DNA of 63,102 nucleotides from Selaginella moellendorffii (taxonomy: Eukaryota > Plantae > Lycopodiophyta): NCBI RefSeq assembly GCF_000143415.4, contig NW_003314264.1, forward strand, positions 811,304 through 874,405. The letters run 5' to 3'. Positions 49,680 through 61,651 of this stretch are shown here, one piece after another. Under the pieces are notes generated by a model that worked only from the letters and a program-made list of their open reading frames with translations, did no database searches and was not told the DNA's origin. Made by a program: the position numbers and the translations under genes. Position 1 is the first letter of the stretch, and every line of letters begins with the position of its first letter.

Positions 49680-52568
49680 TTAATGTCCGTGGCCAAACAC
49701 GTCGTCCTTTTCGTCTTCTTTTGGTTGTCTCAACGCATGCAAAGCCATGATCCTCTTCCGCGCCTCAGCTCTGGCGAAAACGAAAAGAAAAGAGACATGA
49801 GCACCAACCAAGCTTTCAAGTGTTTTGAGCATACCTCACAGTGGCTGAGATCGTGTCAACGTAGAAAAGGCCAACGACCTTCCTGCCCCGTTCTTGCCAT
49901 TGCTGCCCAGCTCTGGAAACAACCGGCAGCTGATGAAATCGCTTCTGCTCCATGAGCTGCTGCGCCATCTTCAAGGTCATGTCAGGGTAGCAAATCAGTA
50001 ACTCGTTATCGTCTCCAAGTGTCCGGCCTTGGCCCGTGCAGATTGCCGCAACTAGCATGCTATCCACCTGTGGAGAAAGCAAGCATGTCAGCTCTGGAAA
50101 AAAATAAGAGGACACAAGTATACCTCTAGGACGGTCACGTCTCCCCGGGATGTGGCCATAGCCGCTCTTATCACTTCCTTGTGTAAGTCAGCTAGAGTCA
50201 TGATCCCTTCGAGGAGCTCATTGTCATCCACGACGATGACACAGCGTTGTTGTACACTGAGCATAGCAGCCACGGCTTCTTTCACCGTTGCCGTTGCTTG
50301 GACTTTGACGTAAGTTTTCGTCATTGCCTGCGCAACCTGAGGGATCCAAAAGGTTCATCAACGGGGAGCCACAAAAAAGCAAGTTACTTTTACCTTAATT
50401 TCGTCCAAAAGCTCATCCTCTGGGATCTCATCTTCTGCAATGTAGCCCTCCACAGTGCAAAGCTCTACTTCGTCTGTCTCGCCTTTCCTCCGCCAGACTT
50501 TCCGGCGTATGCTAGGCTGCATTTCGAGATCTTCTGCTATTCCAATAATTTGCTTTTGCTTCGCAACAGAAGCAACCCAAAATGCCAGGCCTACTGCTCC
50601 CTATCCACCGGATTCATGCCTTAGACTAACATTGTCATGTCACCAGAAAACTGAACGTACCAGAAGAGGAAGTAGAATATGGTAGTCCTTGGTAAGCTCG
50701 AAAAGCAAAAGAACCGACGTCAAAGGAACGGAGCAAACAGCTGCTAGCATTGCTGCCATTCCTACCTGCACAGAAATAAAAGGACAGAGGTAAGTTTCTC
50801 TTTTCCTCGGACTGATACACAGATTACTTACCAAAGCATAAGCTTGCGGATGAGCTACAGCATTAGGTATTGCCGCGTTTATAATAGTACCCATGATAGA
50901 TCCGTAAACCGAGCCAAGCGCAGAACCGATAAATAGGCTTGGAGCATACACACCTCCCACCAGAGCAGAGCCTTTTGAAAACGCTGTTGAGACGACCTTA
51001 GCAATGACTAGCTGTGTCAAAAGTGAAGTTCCTGGAGCTGATGCGTCTTTACCGGAGTGCATGATCTCGTTCACGTTTGTGAATCCCCAATACAGCACTC
51101 CCGGATAAGCCAACGCAAGCAGGCCGATGCCAAGACCCCCCATGGCCGGAGTAACAGAAAGTGGAATACCAACGCGCTCTTTTACGAATTCAAACATGCC
51201 TGTAAAAAATGCAACCAGCCTGGTGAAGATGACGCTAACAACGCCGCAGAGCATTCCAAGCATTAGATAGAGTGGAAGCTCTGCAACACAAGAGAAAACG
51301 TGAGTTCAAAGTAGGAAAAGTCAAGTTTTGGGCACCTACCAGCCGCTGATCGCAATTCGTAAGTCGGCACTGTAAATGCACTCTTCTCTCCATTTAAAAC
51401 TTGTGATACTGTAGAAGAGATGACCGAAGCCAGGATGATCATTGCGGTTGTAAGGGGTGGAGAATTCTCGGCATGCAAGGGTCTCAAGACCGTTTCAATC
51501 GCAAAAAAACACCCAGAAACGGGAGCATTAAAACCTATTAAACGAGGATTTAGTTACCACAATCAAGAAGGAGAAAAACACGAACCTGCAGCTATACCCG
51601 CCGCAGCACCGGCTGCTACGAGTGCTATACGTCTTTCCCTGTTGTTTTTCATCAGCTCCGAGCACCCGTGCGCACAAGCCTTGCCGATATCCACACTCGG
51701 TCCTTCGGGTCCGAGAGAGTTTCCTGTTCCCAGCGTCACAGCCGCTTGCATGGCTTTGATCGCTGGCACCGAGGCCGCCAAGTAGTCTACCTTCCCTCGT
51801 CTCTCCTGTGTCCTGGATGCCTTAACTTGGTCAAGTATACTTAACAACGTGTGCATGACGCCGACAACGATCCCCCCAGACACAGGAACCAGCATCAGTC
51901 GATGCCAAGTGTCTGCAAGCTTTTGCTCTCGAAGCCATGCGGCACCTTCTTCTGGCGTGCCGGCCCAAGCAAAATCGTGTATCAAATGCTCCTGTTAAAG
52001 GTCCAACACAAGAAAGAAATGAGTTGCGAAGAAGGTTAGAAAAGAGAAAAAAGAAAGAACACGAAGAACTCACCGTCCTAACGAATAGTACTACTGCCAG
52101 ACCAGTCGAAAACCCGAGAAAGCATCCCATGAGAAGCAACGCCCATTCCGGAGGAACTTCTCTCACTCTCTCGCGGACGTGAGCCATGGAGCTGCGCCGC
52201 AACAAAACAGGCCCGCTACTCAGTCTGGCCTGAAAGCTGCGAGCTCTTTCCAGCGCCACCGATCGCCTAGCTTCGATGTCCTTGTCTTTGATACTGATCC
52301 TCTCCTTTGTAACAACCGGTTGCTGAGCCTCCACGTCAAACTGGGCCGCTGGATCCGACGAGCTTGATGCCGGCTGAAGCAATGCCTCGGCATCACTCTC
52401 GCTGGAAACGATCTCGTCCTGCCCGAAATGGACGAGAGACGTCCTCTCCACGTCCTGATCTTTGAAGCTGACCCTCTTGCGCGGAAGATCGCCGGGGGCG
52501 CCCTCCCCGACATCTGGAGTAAATGGCTGAAGGAGAGATTGCCGATCGCTGCGATCCTCCTCCGCCAT
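49680..52568 (-). CDS. CLC-f: CLC chloride channel/transporter with CBS domains, CLC-f-like, multi-exon
   Basis: TLGTGNSLGPEGPSVDIG, ALVAAGAAAGIA, GGVYAPSLFIG, SVPLTSVLLLFELTKDY, CBS exons. Ends VFGHGH*. Confidence 0.93.
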
Positions 52569-53056
52569 GGCCCCCTTCCTAAGACCAGCGCCAACCAATG
52601 CGCGTAGAAGCTGCCAATTCTCGAGATTCCCGCATCGCAGGAGCGATCTAGCTAGAATCCGGCCGCTGTTATCTGACGATCATCCTGCTCGATCCAGAGC
52701 CACGGCAAACATTTCCAGATTGCGCCAATACGCGCCTCGAAACCCTACCAATCCGTGCTCACCTAGGAATGCTTGCCACGATCTGGCGATTGCGCCCGTG
52801 GTATCGACAATCCGCCGCGATCGCCAGCGCGCGAGGATCTGACACAGAGCCTCTGCTCGTGAAAATCAGGGTTTCAATACGGCACCTCGAAGGGCCTGAC
52901 GGGCAGCCGGCCCGTCACCGAGACGGGCTGATACGTGAGGCGTACGTGGCAGACACGTAGAGCCTGCGTGGCTGACACATCATCTTGATGATTACGTGGC
53001 GGCCAAATGGTAAAAACGCAATTAGTAAAAGGTCAAAATTTGAAGATTTAGGGCTT

Positions 53057-55369
53057 ATGGAATGGTCTGTGGCGAGGGCCGCGGTGATCCTGGATTGCGA
53101 GCGATGCGGTGGCCGACCAATTGTATCGCGCAGAGCGACGACGGCCGCGGTGAGCATCGGCAATGCCGGCGATCACGACAGGGTAAGCTCGTTAATTCGA
53201 GCTCACAGGATCAAAGAGGCTTGCTCTCTCCTCCTCGATTCTTCCTCGGGTGGGAGCTCCGCCTCTACTGTCGCGATTCTCGTCCAGAAGCTCTGCCGGA
53301 ACGGGGATTTGCACGCCGCGTCCCAGCTCCTGGAGGAGATGAAGAGCGCCGGGGTTTCTTCCAGTGCCTCGGCTTACAATGCGGTCATTCACGGGTATTG
53401 CAAGGCCAGAAACATGGTAAAGGCGATGGAGATCGTCAAGGGGATGGAGTGCCAGCCGACGGTGGTGACTTGGACGATCATCATCGACGGGTTTTGCAAG
53501 GCGAATCAGCTCAAGCAGGCGCTGGCGTGCTTCGAGAAGATGAGAGAATTCGTGGCGCCCAACGAGAGGACTTACAACGTCGTGGTGAATGGTCTGTGCA
53601 AGGCAAGGCTGACGAGCAAAGCATACGAGGTGCTCAAAGAGATGAGAGATGGAAAGTCTGTAGCTCCGGATCTGGTGACTTACAGCACTGTGATCAACGG
53701 GTTTTGCAAGCAAGGAGAGATGGACAGGGCCTGCGAGATCTTGCGAGAGATGGTGACCAGGGATGGAATAGCTCCGGACGTTGTGACTTACACCAGCGTG
53801 GTCGACGGCTTGTGTAGAGACGGCAAAATGGATCGCGCTTGCGAGATGGTGAGAGAGATGAAACTTAAAGGCGTAGAGCCTGACAAGTTTACATTCTCGG
53901 CTCTCATCACAGGGTGGTGCAACGCGAGAAAGGTGGACGAGGCTCTCAAGCTCTACAAAGAGATTCTCACAAGCTCTTGTCGCCTGGATGCCGTGAGTAG
54001 CAGCGCTCTCATTACCGGTCTCTGCCGAGAGCGAAGGATTGGCGAGGCGTACGAGCTCTTCCAGGAGATGGAAATGCGAGAGGATGGAGCTTGGAAGCCC
54101 GACGTCGTGACTTACACCGCTCTCATCGACGGCTTTTGCAAGAGTGGCAACTTGGAGAAGGCAATGAAGATGTTGGGGGTCATGGAGGGCCGGAAGTGCG
54201 TTCCAAACGTGGTGACTTACAGCAGCCTGCTTCACGGTCTCTGCAAGGCAGGAGATTTGGATCAAGCTCTCGACTTGTTCCGGAGGATGACGAGCAAAGG
54301 TTGCGTCCCAAACGTCGTCACTTACACAACACTCATCCACGGCCTTTGCGCTGCGCACAAAGTTGACGCTGCCCGGCTCCTCATGGATGAGATGACTGCT
54401 ACGTGCTGCCCTCCCGACACGGTCTCGTACAACGCGCTGCTCGACGGATATTGCCGGCTGGGAAGGATCGAAGAGGCCAAGCAGCTCTTCAAAGAGATGG
54501 CTACAAAGTCATGCCTTCCGGACCGGATAACTTATACGTGCCTGGTGCGAGGATTTTGCAACGCGAGCCGGCTGGAAGAGGCTCGCTTCCTGCTCGAGAA
54601 CATGAAGACCGCGGCGGGCATTGATCCGGACGTGGTGACTTACAGCATCGTTGTCGCCGGTTACTCGAGAGCCAAGAGATTCGTCGAGGCTGCCGAGTTT
54701 ATCCAGGAGATGATCGCCAGGAACGTCGCTCCAAACGCTGTGACTTACAGCAGCCTGATCGACGGGCTGTGCAAGGCCGGGAGAGTGGACCACGCCATGG
54801 AGGTGCTCAAGAACGTAAACAAGCCGGACGTGGTGACTTACACCATCGTGATCGAGGGGCTTTGCAGCGCCGATAGGACGGAGGAGGCTCTTACGCTTTT
54901 GCAGGAGATGGTGAACAAGAGAGTGGAGCCGAGCGTGGGTACTTTCAATAGCGTCATTGGAGCGCTGTGTCGGCTGGGAGACATGGACGAGGCCTGGAAG
55001 CTCTTGGTGGCTATGGCGGCTCACGGTTTGGAGCCGGGAATGGTGACTTACACGACGCTCTTGGAAGGATTCTCCAGGACGGGCAGGATGGAGATCGCTT
55101 ACGAGCTGTTCGAGGTGATGAGGAAGAAAGCAAAGAAGAGCTCCTCGGCCGCCAACTTAGTTCCCGAGCAAGCTTTCTCGGCGCTTATACGTGGACTGTG
55201 TAAGGCTCGCGAGATTGACAAAGCGATGGCGGTGGTGGAGGAGCTCAGGAGCAGGGAATGCGAGCCGGCGGAGGAGGATTGTCTTGCGATCGTAGATGGA
55301 TTGCTGCGAGCTGGGAGAACGGAGGAGGCAGGGAAATTGATAAATAGTATTTCCAAAGTAGGCCTTTAA
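53057..55369 (+). CDS. P-class pentatricopeptide repeat protein (intronless)
   Basis: Tandem 35-aa P-type motifs (PDVVTYTALIDGFCKSG...). No E/DYW domain is visible. Head-to-head with CLC. Confidence 0.95.
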   Translation: MEWSVARAAVILDCERCGGRPIVSRRATTAAVSIGNAGDHDRVSSLIRAHRIKEACSLLLDSSSGGSSASTVAILVQKLCRNGDLHAASQLLEEMKSAGVSSSASAYNAVIHGYCKARNMVKAMEIVKGMECQPTVVTWTIIIDGFCKANQLKQALACFEKMREFVAPNERTYNVVVNGLCKARLTSKAYEVLKEMRDGKSVAPDLVTYSTVINGFCKQGEMDRACEILREMVTRDGIAPDVVTYTSVVDGLCRDGKMDRACEMVREMKLKGVEPDKFTFSALITGWCNARKVDEALKLYKEILTSSCRLDAVSSSALITGLCRERRIGEAYELFQEMEMREDGAWKPDVVTYTALIDGFCKSGNLEKAMKMLGVMEGRKCVPNVVTYSSLLHGLCKAGDLDQALDLFRRMTSKGCVPNVVTYTTLIHGLCAAHKVDAARLLMDEMTATCCPPDTVSYNALLDGYCRLGRIEEAKQLFKEMATKSCLPDRITYTCLVRGFCNASRLEEARFLLENMKTAAGIDPDVVTYSIVVAGYSRAKRFVEAAEFIQEMIARNVAPNAVTYSSLIDGLCKAGRVDHAMEVLKNVNKPDVVTYTIVIEGLCSADRTEEALTLLQEMVNKRVEPSVGTFNSVIGALCRLGDMDEAWKLLVAMAAHGLEPGMVTYTTLLEGFSRTGRMEIAYELFEVMRKKAKKSSSAANLVPEQAFSALIRGLCKAREIDKAMAVVEELRSRECEPAEEDCLAIVDGLLRAGRTEEAGKLINSISKVGL

Positions 55370-55725
55370 TTTGCGATTGTGGTTTTATTGATCACCCTAT
55401 GGTTAGTTCTCCTTTCTTTCTCCTTCTGCTTTGAATCTTCATCGTCCATAGACTTCCTCTTGCAAATGTTGATATTGACGATGATGTTGTTATTGTTATT
55501 GTTGTTGCTCCTCCTGTACTTGTTAGAGCCACTTCCATCTTCATGATCATGATCATCCATCTCAGGATGGATTAGAGAACTGGACGCTAGCGCTGGTTCT
55601 ACCACTGATGAATCCTGATCAGCAACACCATCATCCAAAGACAAAAGGCCCAAAGAAGAAGAAGACAGTGCTATTTGGAGAGTGGCAAAGGCAAACACCA
55701 GAAACAACAGCAAAGCAGCCTTCAT
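55366..55725 (-). CDS. Small putative secreted protein (119 aa)
   Basis: Signal peptide MKAALLLFLVFAFATLQIALS, followed by an acidic/Asn-rich body. Its stop overlaps the PPR stop (ttaa). Confidence 0.6.
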   Translation of the reverse strand: MKAALLLFLVFAFATLQIALSSSSLGLLSLDDGVADQDSSVVEPALASSSLIHPEMDDHDHEDGSGSNKYRRSNNNNNNNIIVNINICKRKSMDDEDSKQKEKERRTNHRVINKTTIAN

Positions 55726-56149
55726 TGATGTAGTGGTGCTTGATAGAGTTTAATCAATGGTTGCTGACTGTCAATAGTTGGGCCTTACATACTACGATGT
55801 AAGCTCCAGCATGCACTGCCAAGTGGTTGATACCTATGTTTTCAACGTAAAGTATGAAATGTATGAGAGGGCATCTCTTTTCTAATATTATTGAATAAGG
55901 GTCGGGTTGGCCTATGATTTCTTTCCGGAACTTCACTCCTACACACCACCAAATTCCATGATTTCAATTACCTTCCCACATGTTGAGGTTTCCATCCATA
56001 GCCACAGGTATGGCGATTGAGGTGGCTCACATCGCCCCACGTTTAGCTCCACAGTCAACCCAACAGTATATTTAAGATGGTTTTATCACAATTGCTTTGG
56101 GCATTCTTTGTTTTATTAATTAGAAATAGTTGAGAGGACCTATTCTATT

Positions 56150-56410
56150 CTAAGGATGGAACCTTTTCATCTCCTTGTGCTTTTTGGCAAAGAATTCTTT
56201 CTGCAAAGTTGATATTGATGTTGTGTTGTGGTGGTTGTTGTTTTTATTCCTTCTATGCTTACCTATGTAATGGACTTTATCTTTATGATCATCTCTGAGT
56301 GAATATGAAGACTGGATGCTAATGAATCTACTAAACTTCAACATCATCTAAGATAAAGGGCTTTACTAGAAGATAATGCAATACACTATTGTAGTTGTAG
56401 TAATATTGCT
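56150..56410 (-). pseudogene. Decayed paralog of the small secreted protein
   Basis: DDHKD..KHRRNKNNNHHN..LQK parallels DDHDHED..KYRRSNNNNN..CK; contains stops. Confidence 0.5.
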
Positions 56411-56460
56411 TGAAAAGTCTAGTGGCAAAAAGTGTTTGATTTTTCTATATATATTTATTG

Positions 56461-58330
56461 TGTGAGGTTTAAGTTTGTAGCTGTATACTAATATTCACAT
56501 AATGAGATTTTGATACCTATGGTTCCACTTGGACCACTCACTCTCATATATAAATTAAAATTTTGGGCTAATTATGTATGTGCATATGTGTCACATTGGT
56601 GGAAGTGAGGGGCAGCTTTTATTCTCCTTAAAAAGTGCTTAGATTTATTTATTATTGTATAGATTTAACTTTTACATTGTTATTATCTCTTTTGTTCCTA
56701 TAGTTTTTCATTTCTTTTTTATTTTTGTTTTGTTCATTTTTATGGTAGAACAGTATACTCCTCCTTTGACTTTGGAGTAGTAATTGATGCAATTGCTCAA
56801 TGCTATATGGCTGTAATTTATCAATCAGACTCAATTAATGGTGGCATTTATGGCACATGGTGCAACTTGCCAATCCTCGTATCTAGGTGGATTATTTCTA
56901 TGAAAATCCATTAGTTTGATCACTTTATTATGATTATCATCTCTCATCCTTAGGATGATACTTAATATCTATATAAATTCCCTATATATTTTTAAGGGAC
57001 AATATTGCAATGGTATAATGGTTTCAGCATAGCCACTTGTGTAAATTGGAGTTTTCTCCTTAGACTCCTTTGAGCATATATTTGAACATGTTAGCAATTA
57101 TGATGATGCCATTCAGTAATTGTATTATTTTTATCAAAAGCCATTTGAATTAATTATGTAATTTAGTGTTTGTTTCTAGAGCACTTTTGCTTCATGTAGA
57201 AATGTATATACTAGACAGATCAAGTTGGTAATGACTAGCACTTCATCAAAATTTTATAGGACTTATATACCCTAACTGCCTTGGACAATGCTCTTTGATT
57301 GGCATAACATCATGAGACATCACCTCTCCCACTTGTAATTGCATATACTTCAACTCCACTTCTTGGGTGAAATGATTATATTCCAATGGAGGTTAATGTT
57401 TGTAGTGTATATGATCATGGGATGAGATTTAGATATATTGTCACCGTGGATCCTTGGAACCTTGAGAGATAAATGAGGATAAAATAGCCACTAAGGGCTC
57501 TTTTATTAAGCAATTGCGTGTTTTCCAGTTAGCTTAAGGGGAAAGAGATAGGGTGTGTTACAGTTGGTATCAGAGCAAATGGCACGGGTTTGATTCCCAT
57601 TGATTAGTGGCTACTTAAAAATATAATATACCCTTGAGTAAGGTATATTCCTATCCCTAAATTTGAAATCGTATGCATTGGGCATCCATGCCTCTTGTGT
57701 GGAGTATCCACGGACGAAGGTATCCACCGTGAGACTGCAGTACGGGTGGATGACCTTGTGTGGAGTATCCACAGACAAAGGTATCCACCGTGAGACTGCA
57801 GTATGGGTGGATGACTAATTGCCTTACATAGAATAGCTAGTCTACACAATAAAAGAATTGGTAGATTCAGTGCGGAAATGGAAGTGCTGATTCCCCTTGG
57901 CTCAGTAGGGGTTGTTAGTCAATAGTCAATGAGGATATTGACATTTCTGAAAGGGGGGTGAGTGTAGCACATGTGATCATGGGATGAGATTTGGATATAT
58001 TGTCACCGTGGATTTTTGGAACCTTGAGAGATAAATGGGGATAAAATAACCACTAAGGGCTCTCTCATCAAGAAATTGCCTCTTTTTCAGTTGGCTTAAG
58101 GGGAGAGAGATAGGGTGTGCTACAATGTTGTTGCTACTCATACTCAAGAACAATGGCAAAGATGTAGATGTGGCTGTGATATTCACTATTGAGCATGTAA
58201 TGAAGTTGGCCACACATATTAGTATCATAAGCATTTTCCAAATTAACATCTTTTATTTCTTAGGTGAAGGCCTTGGTATCAACAACGTTTTGTTAATGTT
58301 ATTGGGAAATAAGAAGTTACGTGAATGGTG
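56461..58330 (+). mobile_element. Decayed 5' LTR, PBS and gag of the 18213 family
   Basis: LTR tgtgagg...tcaca, then ttggtggaagtgagggg. Collinear with 18213-18756 plus 20366-21110. Confidence 0.8.
57401..58124 (+). mobile_element. Complete TRIM (724 bp): 162-bp LTRs at 57401-57562 and 57963-58124
   Basis: TG..CA ends, TSD ATGTT, PBS tggtatcagagc at 57565, PPT gaaaggggggtgag, non-coding interior. Confidence 0.95.
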
Positions 58331-59365
58331 AAGGGATTTTATGTGAATAAGTTAATAACCCTTTCATCCTTCTTTCAAAGAATATCATCAAGGGGTTCAC
58401 TTATGCCGTAAATGTAACTTCATGTATCGAAAGATATTTATCGGCTAGTCTTTACAGATATTCTTTCCTTACTAGCATGATGGTAGGAGGTTAGTACTAT
58501 TGGTTCCCTTTATAATTTCCACCTAAGCTAGTTGAGAAACTGGCCAACATATGTGAATTTAAACAGGAAGGGCACTAATAAAGGAAATCCTAAATTGTCA
58601 TTAAGTAAAATATACTTGACACAGTGATAAAAAAAATCATTAGCTTGCACTTGCTAGTGTTGGGAACCCTTACACTATTAAGCTTAGTCCCTCAATATTA
58701 GCTAGATGATACCTTATTGTGTCTGCTAAAACACTCTCATTATTATCCTTTGTTCTGTTCCAAATCCATATGCTATTTATGGTAAGTGTTTAGATTTGCT
58801 TAAGAGGCATATCTACTAATATTAAATGTAGAGAGTGTCCTAAACCCTATGGTGTTAATCCCATGTTTTAGAGACTAACTCCTAGGATTGGGGTGAAAGT
58901 TTAAAGAGTGTGTTGTTTGTAGTTGGGGTTGAGGTTGGGGGGGGTTCCAAATGCATAGCTTCTAGGATTGGGGTGAAAGCTTAAAGTGTGCATTTTTGGG
59001 ATTGGGGTGATATCCTAAAGTGTGGATTACTTTTGGGGGGGGGGGGGGGGGGTTCCAAATGTATAGTAAAGATAGTGGGTAGATGGCAACCAACTTGAAC
59101 TATAGTTTAACTCCATGGTTGCATGTTTATTTTTATTTTGAGTTCAAGCCCAAACTCCATACCATATTAACTAATGGAGTATTCATATCCTTGCATTAAA
59201 CCACTACCTGTTTCTTCACTTTGTGCTTTTATCCCTTCATTTCTTAAGTTGAACACTCAAGAGTTATTTTGTACTTTAGTTCCTTCGCTTCTTGGTTATA
59301 TGCTTAGGAGTTTAGCTCTGTCTCTTTGTTCAATGGCCTAAGGCTTTAAACTCGGGTTCCACTTT

Positions 59366-59527
59366 TGTAGCGCATATGATCATGGGATGAGATTTGGATA
59401 TACTGTCACCATGGATCCTTGGAACCTTGGGGGATAAATGGGGATAAAATAGCCACTAAGGGCTCTCTCATCAAACAATTGCCCCTTTTCCAATTGGCTT
59501 AAGGGGAGAGAGATAAAGTGTGCTACA
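59366..59527 (+). mobile_element. Solo LTR of the TRIM
   Basis: 162 bp, tgtagc...gctaca, TSD ACTTT. Confidence 0.95.
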
Positions 59528-60066
59528 ACTTTGCTACCTTTGGTCCATGTATTTAAATGTTAAAGTTTCGCTTCATGGTTATCTTATAATAAAACACTAT
59601 AGGATAAAGGGTGAAAATCATATATTACATGTTGTACCAAAGAGTGAATCTCAAAAAAAATAAATAAAAAAAAACGAATAGGTATATATTTGGTTGCTAT
59701 AGCTTCATATATGTCCCTTGGATATGGTTTTTGGTTACTTTTTTGTATTATATAGTTTGAATTTTTGCTTGGGCTCATATAATAAATTTACACGAGTTTG
59801 TGTTTAGGCCTGTGAGTGAGACATATTAGCAATTCAAGGTTACATTTTGAGTTGGCAAGATTAATATTAACATATCGTTAGTCCTATAAGTTATTCCATA
59901 TTACCGTGAATAAAAGTAAACCTCTCTTGGGTTTACTATGACTGGTAAATAAGCTGGTTTGTAGTTATTTAGTATAGCATTAGTGGATCCTTCTTAGGCA
60001 TAATTATAAGTGGATGAATCAAAATTGTAGGGATTAGTCTTTTAGTTTAAATAGTCAATATTATGT

Positions 60067-60682
60067 TGTAAGCAACCAAAGAAAATCACTTGAGAGACAA
60101 TTCATGGGGTTCAAATATAAAGGGAAAGGGTTTATGAACAAAAGTGCACCCCCTTTTTCAATCAGTTAAGGGTCTTGAGATATTGGGGTTAATCATCCTT
60201 AGGTTTAAATAGTACTTAGTTGGATGACCTCCCAAGAAATCCAAATTCAAGAGTTTACATTTAGTATTAAAGGGGTTTTGGGTTAGTATCAGAGGGGTCT
60301 TGGGTCTGACTTTATTAGTTAGCTAAGGGAATCATACCATATGTTGATTGATATCTAGCAAAGGTCCAGTATGTTTTGGCTGAGCTTGACTCGAGGGGTA
60401 GGGTGTCAAGAGAGTAAGGCTTTTGGGAGAGTTGCAGCTCTCAGCTTCCGTTCATGAGGGTGTGAACTTGCAAGGAAGCATGGTATATTGTAAGCAATTA
60501 AAGAGAACAACTTGAGAGACGATCCATGAGGCTCAAATATAGAGGGAAAGGGCCTATAAACAAAAGTGCACCCTTTTTTCCAACCGGTTAAGGGTCTTGG
60601 GATATTTGAGGTTAAACATCCTTGGGTTTGAATAGTATTGGGTTGGGTGACTTCCCAGGAAGTCTAAATTCAAGAGCTTACA
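60067..60682 (+). mobile_element. Cassandra-like TRIM (616 bp) with a 5S-rRNA-like internal promoter region in both LTRs (60067-60259, 60489-60682)
   Basis: tgtaagc...ttaca LTRs. 60608-60665 aligns ungapped to the plant 5S rRNA box A-IE-box C region (43/58 against a recalled consensus). Degenerate PBS. Absent from the paralogous site at ~29370. Confidence 0.85.
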
Positions 60683-61296
60683 TATACTCTTTTTATAAAT
60701 TTTTTTAAATTGGACTAAAAATAATGTGAATGCAAGTTTGAGGTTTAATCAAGTTGAAATCCCAAAAAAATTTATCAAGGACGAAGGATCAATTACAAAA
60801 ATCATTTTTTCTTCTTCAAAGGATAATTTGGCAATGAAGTGTGACTCATTGCTCATATTCAAGTTATGCCTATTAGAGTCCTTACTTCAATGTATGTTGG
60901 TTATAATTATTTTACAAGTGATAAGTTGTGAGATAGATAGCGGTAAAGCACTAAACCATTTACTTAGACTTATTATTGAAAGGTTTAGGTTGCAATGCTC
61001 AATTCTTTTCTAAATAACTTTGCTATTGCTCCTTGAATAGCTTGGTATTGGATTAATTTTAAGTTTGGTTAGGAAGAGAGTGACATAAGTTTGTCCATAT
61101 TATTAATGAAGTTGGTAGTGTAATGTGTTGTAAATCTCTATTGGTGGGGTATGACATTTATGTTATATTTTGTCGAATGAGTTGGCACTTGAAGTAATGT
61201 GTTTACAAAATTGTTTAGTTAAATGACGATCAACCCCAAAGTGGTTGATGGTGATATTAGTCTACTTGCACATAGTAACATTGTAGTAGCTTAATG

Positions 61297-61651
61297 NNNN
61301 NNNNNNNNNNNNNNNNNNNNNNNNNNNNNNNNNNNNNNNNNNNNNNNNNNNNNNNNNNNNNNNNNNNNNNNNNNNNNNNNNNNNNNNNNNNNNNNNNNNN
61401 NNNNNNNNNNNNNNNNNNNNNNNNNNNNNNNNNNNNNNNNNNNNNNNNNNNNNNNNNNNNNNNNNNNNNNNNNNNNNNNNNNNNNNNNNNNNNNNNNNNN
61501 NNNNNNNNNNNNNNNNNNNNNNNNNNNNNNNNNNNNNNNNNNNNNNNNNNNNNNNNNNNNNNNNNNNNNNNNNNNNNNNNNNNNNNNNNNNNNNNNNNNN
61601 NNNNNNNNNNNNNNNNNNNNNNNNNNNNNNNNNNNNNNNNNNNNNNNNNNN
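61297..61651. other. Assembly gap
   Basis: Run of N. Confidence 1.
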
